Shown here in pieces: positions 45,190 through 49,462 of a DNA stretch of 49,462 nt (the stretch's first letter is position 1; every line of letters starts with the position of its first letter). The DNA is from an uncultured Flavobacteriales bacterium. Its GTDB lineage: Bacteria; Bacteroidota; Bacteroidia; Flavobacteriales; BACL11. The notes beneath the pieces were generated by a model. It ran no database searches. It saw nothing but the letters and a program-made list of their open reading frames with translations, and was not told the origin of the DNA. Both the position numbers and the translations under genes were made by a program. The DNA lies in NCBI GenBank assembly GCA_905479165.1, contig CAJQLK010000065.1, positions 1 to 49,462 on the forward strand. Direction: 5' to 3'.

Positions 45190-46588
45190 AATAATAGCAA
45201 CAATTGGCCCAGCTACATCTTCAAAAGAAATGCTGAAGAAGATTGTTAGTAAAGGGGTGAATGTTTGTAGGTTAAATTTTTCTCATTTAACTCACGATGA
45301 TGCAAAAAAGATAATTTCAAATATTAAAGAAATTAACCAAGAATTGCATATTCATACTGCGATATTAGCAGATCTACAAGGACCAAAAATAAGAGTTGGA
45401 GAATTTAAAAATCCAATAAAGCTTGTAAAAGGGAATGAAGTGATTTTTAGCACTAAAGATAAAAAAGACTGCATTTACATCAACTACCAGAATTTTGCAA
45501 AAGATGTTAATATAAAAGATAAAGTATTGTTAGATGATGGAAAATTAGCACTTAAGGTAGTTAGTACAAATAAAAAAGATAAGGTAGTTTTAAAAGTGAT
45601 TTTTGGAGGGCTTTTGCAATCAAGAAAAGGGGTAAACTTACCTAACACACCAATCTCCCTACATTGTCTTACTAAAAAAGACAAAAAAGATTTAGAGTTT
45701 GTGTTGTCAGAAAAAATTGAATGGATTGGACTTTCATTTGTAAGAAAGGCTGATGATGTTCGTATTCTTAAGGAGATAATTTCAAAAAGAAATTTACACC
45801 ATAAGGTAATTGCAAAGATTGAAAAACCTGAAGCAATAAAAAACATAGATGAAATTATTGATGTAACTGATGCAATAATGGTTGCTAGAGGTGATTTGGG
45901 TGTTGAAGTTCCTCCTCAGAAAGTTCCTGTATATCAAAAGATGATAGTAAACAAATGTATTATTCATGCTAGGCCAGTTGTTATTGCAACACAAATGCTC
46001 GAAAGCATGCTCGAAAACCCAACAGCCACAAGAGCAGAAGTGAATGATGTAGCGAACTCAGTAATTGATGGGGCTGATGCAGTAATGCTTTCAGGAGAAA
46101 CATCTGTAGGTAAACATCCATTAAAAGCTGTAGATACTATGAGGAAAATTATTAGGGATATTGAAGCTAGTGAGCATAATATTTCTCAGAATAAAGTAAT
46201 TAGGCCATTGATACAAAACAACAGATTGTTGAGTAACGCCATCTGTTCTCATGCTTGTGATATTGCGGAAAACACAAACGCTAAAGCAATAATCACAGTT
46301 ACATATTCTGGTTTTAATAGCATAAAAACCTCAAGTTTTAGGCCCCAAGCTTTTATTTATGCTTTCACCAATAATCATACGATTTTAAATACACTTAGTT
46401 TGGTCTGGGGGGTTCAGGGATTCTATTATGATAGAGGAACAACAACTGATCAAACCATTAGCGAAACAAAAGCAATACTAAAACAAGAAAAACACCTTAA
46501 AAAAGGAGATTTAGTTGTAAATTTAGCTAGTATGCCAGCTAAAGAAATGGGCATGACCAACATGATGAAAATCAGTAAAATTAAATAA
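45173..46588 (+). CDS. pyk: Pyruvate kinase
   Basis: 471 aa. KIIATIGPA, MVARGDLGVEV and the LSGETS.GK motif. Confidence 0.95.
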   Translation: MIRKTKIIATIGPATSSKEMLKKIVSKGVNVCRLNFSHLTHDDAKKIISNIKEINQELHIHTAILADLQGPKIRVGEFKNPIKLVKGNEVIFSTKDKKDCIYINYQNFAKDVNIKDKVLLDDGKLALKVVSTNKKDKVVLKVIFGGLLQSRKGVNLPNTPISLHCLTKKDKKDLEFVLSEKIEWIGLSFVRKADDVRILKEIISKRNLHHKVIAKIEKPEAIKNIDEIIDVTDAIMVARGDLGVEVPPQKVPVYQKMIVNKCIIHARPVVIATQMLESMLENPTATRAEVNDVANSVIDGADAVMLSGETSVGKHPLKAVDTMRKIIRDIEASEHNISQNKVIRPLIQNNRLLSNAICSHACDIAENTNAKAIITVTYSGFNSIKTSSFRPQAFIYAFTNNHTILNTLSLVWGVQGFYYDRGTTTDQTISETKAILKQEKHLKKGDLVVNLASMPAKEMGMTNMMKISKIK

Positions 46589-46596
46589 GATATCAA

Positions 46597-47643
46597 ATGA
46601 TTAACACAGTATTATTAGCAGAAATTTGTAAGGCTGCGGGAGCACCAGGGCATGAACAAAGAGTAAGAGAAATTGTTCTAAGAGAGGTTGAGGGTTTAGT
46701 AGATGAAATAAGAATTGACAACATGGGAAATGTTGTGGTAATTAAAAAAGGAAAAGAAAGTAAAAAAGTAATGATTGGTGCTCATATGGATGAGATTGGG
46801 TTTATTGTTACTCATATTGATGATAAAGGATTTGTGTACTTTCACACTTTAGGTGGTTTTGACCCGAAAACACTAACCGCACAAAGAGTTATTATTCATG
46901 GAACAGAAGATGTGATTGGTGTAATGGGAGGTAAGCCAATTCATTTGATGAATGCTGCTGATAGAGCAAAAGTACCTACTATTAAAGATTATTTTATTGA
47001 TACTGGAAGACCTAAAAAAGAATTAGAAAAAATAATTTCAGTTGGAGACACTATCACTAGAAGCAGTGAGTTGATTGAAATGGGAGATTGTGTCAACTGT
47101 AAATCGTTAGATAATAGAGTTTCTGTATTTATACTTATTGAGATGTTCCGAGAAATGAAAAAAATACCACCTTATGATGTATATGGCGTATTTACTGTAC
47201 AAGAGGAAATTGGAATTAGAGGTGCGAATGTATCTTCTATGGATATAAATCCTGACTTTGGATTTGGTTTAGACACTACTATCGCCTGGGATACTCCAGG
47301 TAGTACAAAGCAAGAACAAGTTTCTGCTTTAGGTGATGGAGCCTGTATTAAGGTGATGGATTCCGCTACTGTTTGCGACTATAGAATGGTAAAATACATG
47401 AGAGAGTTATCGAAAAAGAAGAAGTTAAAAACACAATTAGAAATATTACCCGCAGGAGGAACAGATACAGCAGGAATACAAAGAATGAATCCAGGAGGAT
47501 GTATTGCGGGGGCGGTTTCTATCCCAACAAGACACATACATCAATCTATTGAAATGGTACACAAAAAGGATGTTAGAGGAGCAATAGATTTGTTGCGCTA
47601 CTCGGTAGAAAACTTACATACTTACGATTGGAGTTTTAGGTAG
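46597..47643 (+). CDS. M42 family metallopeptidase (glutamyl aminopeptidase / FrvX-like)
   Basis: 348 aa. GAHMDEIGF, DNRVS, VQEEIGIRGA, and the IPTRHIHQ-type C-terminus. Confidence 0.85.
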   Translation: MINTVLLAEICKAAGAPGHEQRVREIVLREVEGLVDEIRIDNMGNVVVIKKGKESKKVMIGAHMDEIGFIVTHIDDKGFVYFHTLGGFDPKTLTAQRVIIHGTEDVIGVMGGKPIHLMNAADRAKVPTIKDYFIDTGRPKKELEKIISVGDTITRSSELIEMGDCVNCKSLDNRVSVFILIEMFREMKKIPPYDVYGVFTVQEEIGIRGANVSSMDINPDFGFGLDTTIAWDTPGSTKQEQVSALGDGACIKVMDSATVCDYRMVKYMRELSKKKKLKTQLEILPAGGTDTAGIQRMNPGGCIAGAVSIPTRHIHQSIEMVHKKDVRGAIDLLRYSVENLHTYDWSFR

Positions 47644-47683
47644 AGAAAAATATATAAAAGAAAACCAGTTGAAAAGCTATTTT

Positions 47684-47838
47684 TTATTTTTTGATAACCC
47701 TAAGCCAAATAGCAATTACCATTTCCAAAGGAAAGAAAAGTGCAAGTAAAGGTATTAGGATAGTTTCTAAACCAAAGCATGAAAAGAAATAAGTAGTGAT
47801 GCAAAAAATGCAGCTAAGCAGATTAAAAGAATTTCCAT
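47684..47838 (-). pseudogene. Frameshifted, truncated remnant of a TauE/SafE-like (DUF81) permease gene
   Basis: Minus strand: ATG at 47838 gives MEILLICLAAFFASLLISFHALV*. A second frame continues ..FFSCFGLETILIPLLALFFPLEMVIAIWLRVIKK*. Joined, these resemble the N-terminal ~55 aa of TauE/SafE proteins (..FFSGFGLGTIL.P..A.FFP...AIA..). The remainder of an expected ~250-aa gene is absent. Confidence 0.5.
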
Positions 47839-47845
47839 TTAAAGT

Positions 47846-48862
47846 TTAAATACTTTTATTAAATTGCCTTAAGAAACGCACATCGTTTTCAAAAAAAAGG
47901 CGTAAATCTTTTACTCCATATTTTAGCATTGCAATTCTTTCAATTCCCATTCCAAAAGCATAGCCCGTATATTTTTTAGAGTCAATTCCACAGCTTTCCA
48001 ATACATTAGGGTCCACCATACCGCATCCTAAAATCTCCAAATAACCTGTGTATTTACAAACATTACACCCTTTGCTGTTGCATATATTACAACTTACATC
48101 TACCTCAGCACTTGGTTCAGTAAACGGGAAATAAGAGGGTCTTAATCTTATTTTTGTATTTTCTCCAAACATCTCTTTTGCAAAATACAATAGCACTTGT
48201 TTTAAGTCCGCAAAACTTACATTTTCGTCAATGTATAATCCTTCAACTTGGTGGAATATACAATGAGCCCTTGCAGAAATAGCCTCATTTCTATAGACTC
48301 TCCCAGGAGAAAGTGTTCGGATTGGAGGTTTATTATTTTCCATATACCTTACTTGTACGGATGAGGTATGTGTCCTAAGTAAAACATCAGGATTAGTTTG
48401 TATAAAAAAGGTGTCCTGCATGTCTCTTGCAGGATGTTCTTCTGGTAAATTTAAAGCAGAAAAATTATGCCAATCATCTTCTATTTCTGGCCCCTCACTT
48501 ACAGTAAATCCAATACGGCTAAAAATATCAACCATCTCTTTTCTCACCATTGAAATAGGATGTCTGCTACCTAAATCGTCTAAACTTACAGGTCTTGTAA
48601 GGTCAACTTCACCACTATTGCTTTCTGTTTCAAAAGATCCTTTATAGATATCAACTTTCGCTTGAGCATTTTGTTTAAGCGTATTTATTGCTTGTCCTAA
48701 TTCTTTCTTACTTTCATTAGGAAGGTTTTTAAAAACAGCAAAAAGCTCATTCATTTTTCCTTTTTTTCCTAAAAATTTCAGACGAAAATCTTCTACTTCC
48801 TTTTTAGATTTTGGAGTAAAACTATCAACCTCTTGTATTAAATCTTTAACTGTTTCTAACAT
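47846..48862 (-). CDS. pheS: Phenylalanine--tRNA ligase subunit alpha
   Basis: The preferred start is the ATG at 48862 (MLETVKDLIQE..., 338 aa). Class II motifs FPFTEPS and GMGIERIAML. Confidence 0.93.
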   Translation of the reverse strand: MLETVKDLIQEVDSFTPKSKKEVEDFRLKFLGKKGKMNELFAVFKNLPNESKKELGQAINTLKQNAQAKVDIYKGSFETESNSGEVDLTRPVSLDDLGSRHPISMVRKEMVDIFSRIGFTVSEGPEIEDDWHNFSALNLPEEHPARDMQDTFFIQTNPDVLLRTHTSSVQVRYMENNKPPIRTLSPGRVYRNEAISARAHCIFHQVEGLYIDENVSFADLKQVLLYFAKEMFGENTKIRLRPSYFPFTEPSAEVDVSCNICNSKGCNVCKYTGYLEILGCGMVDPNVLESCGIDSKKYTGYAFGMGIERIAMLKYGVKDLRLFFENDVRFLRQFNKSI

Positions 48863-48876
48863 TGTAATAAATTGTA

Positions 48877-48884
48877 TATCTTTG
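48877..48884 (+). promoter_or_regulatory. Candidate -7 box (TATCTTTG) upstream of the 151-aa lipoprotein gene
   Basis: TATATCTTTGCTTA matches TAnnTTTG, 28 nt upstream of the ATG at 48913. Confidence 0.3.
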
Positions 48885-48912
48885 CTTATCTGAACACAAA
48901 GAAACAATAATT

Positions 48913-49368
48913 ATGCTAAATAAAATTTTAAAGTCAGTATTATTAGGGGTTTTTGCACTAGTGATTGTAACAAACTTTAGTTCTTGTAAAAAAGAAAAAG
49001 AAACTATAGCAGCAATTGTTGTTAAAAATGATGCAGGTCTTCCAATTTCATATGCCAGAGTTGTGTTACATGCTATGCCTTTAAAAAACTCACTTTATAC
49101 ATTTAATCCTGATAATTACGAGACTTTTGACTATATGATTAAGTCTAATTTAGATACGGTTTATAGCCCGCAAGGTCAAATTTCAGATATTTTTATTGCT
49201 GATTGGACTGATGACAATGGCAGAGCAGAATTTACTTTACCACTAGCAATGATACTGAATGTTTCTGTTTTATGGCAAGTTGATAATAATATTGAGCGCA
49301 TGGGAGCAAACATTATTAATATTAAAGAAGGAGAGATTACAATTCAAGTTGTAGAAGTTAGTAACTAA
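48913..49368 (+). CDS. Hypothetical lipoprotein
   Basis: 151 aa with lipobox TNFSSC. The beta-rich mature part (IVVKNDAGLPISYARVVL..) is vaguely carboxypeptidase-regulatory-like. No firm family assignment. Confidence 0.45.
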   Translation: MLNKILKSVLLGVFALVIVTNFSSCKKEKETIAAIVVKNDAGLPISYARVVLHAMPLKNSLYTFNPDNYETFDYMIKSNLDTVYSPQGQISDIFIADWTDDNGRAEFTLPLAMILNVSVLWQVDNNIERMGANIINIKEGEITIQVVEVSN

Positions 49369-49462
49369 GCAAGGTATTTTAAAATAGCCTTTTGCATTAA
49401 TAATCCCTGTTGGTTTTCTGTTAGGTCTTTTACTGCCTTTAATTCAGTAAAATGTGGCCATC
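49365..49462 (-). CDS. Partial CDS (C-terminal ~32 codons of a gene entering from beyond the window end)
   Basis: The minus-strand frame is open from the window edge (..WPHFTELKAVKDLTENQQGLLMQKAILKYLA*) with its stop at 49367-49365, overlapping the convergent lipoprotein gene by 4 nt. Too short to identify. Confidence 0.25.
   Translation of the reverse strand, partial: WPHFTELKAVKDLTENQQGLLMQKAILKYLA

Noticed and set aside
5154-48647. Other short tracked ORFs: 5154-5420, 8184-8408, 12326-12529, 16015-16272, 17261-17443, 17540-17908, 18951-19226, 20603-20881, 25996-26244, 27583-27792, 29563-29835, 30543-30773, 37619-37810, 40064-40282, 41243-41464, 42014-42202, 42902-43120, 44781-44996, 45484-45846, 45794-45994 and 48411-48647
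   Set aside because: Each lies antisense to, or out of frame within, a confidently identified conserved gene (M23, gatA, dut, atpA, atpH, atpB, bactofilin, GH3/dxr, rseP, ALDH, rnr, pfkB, purN, fabF, pyk, pheS and others) and has no motif of its own.
48863-48907. 15-codon N-terminal extension of pheS
   Set aside because: The internal ATG at 48862 gives the canonical MLETVKDLI.. PheS N-terminus and the usual ~338-aa length. The extension would consume almost the whole divergent spacer.
1-49462. Searched by eye for mobile elements, prophage genes, restriction-modification, toxin-antitoxin, CRISPR-Cas, retron/DGR reverse transcriptases, or other defence-island hallmarks
   Set aside because: No transposase, integrase, reverse transcriptase, nuclease-ATPase pair, long terminal inverted repeat or direct-repeat array was recognisable. 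tRNA-Asn has no adjacent integrase or att-like duplication. The window looks like core chromosome, so I am not claiming a novel defence or mobile system.

Overview
Low-GC Bacteroidota (Flavobacteriia-like) chromosomal segment with about 50 CDS and one tRNA-Asn. It is tightly packed and mostly core genome. Housekeeping content: the F-type ATP synthase operon (AtpZ-like, membrane ORF, atpB-E-F-H-A-G, with no atpD or atpC), gatA, tatA, dut, dxr-rseP, an ALDH7-like dehydrogenase, rpiB, rnr, rnhA, purN, acpP-fabF-rnc, pyk, pheS, and M23, M28 and M42 peptidases. A type IX secretion (T9SS) theme overlays this: a 1294-aa type-B-CTD adhesin translationally coupled to a PorP/SprF gene and an OmpA/PD40-like partner; a probable PorW/SprE lipoprotein; and two type-A-CTD cargo proteins. 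One cargo is a PETase-like alpha/beta hydrolase. The other fuses Kazal-like, CARDB-like and Omp28/thioredoxin-like regions. I saw no rRNA, CRISPR array, transposase, integrase, phage genes, or recognisable defence or toxin-antitoxin system. I could not support a convincing new multi-gene system. The observations most worth a second look are: (1) the T9SS-targeted PETase-like hydrolase, which has every IsPETase catalytic and substrate-binding residue I can recall; (2) the 737-aa Kazal/CxxC secreted protein behind an unusually long (555 bp), extremely AT-rich, ORF-free upstream region; (3) rnc, whose conserved catalytic N-terminus has no canonical start codon and probably initiates at an ATA overlapping the fabF stop; (4) a perfect 15-16 bp hairpin between atpE and atpF; (5) a frameshifted, truncated TauE/SafE-like gene remnant next to pheS. 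All family assignments rest on motif recognition by eye, because no searches were run.
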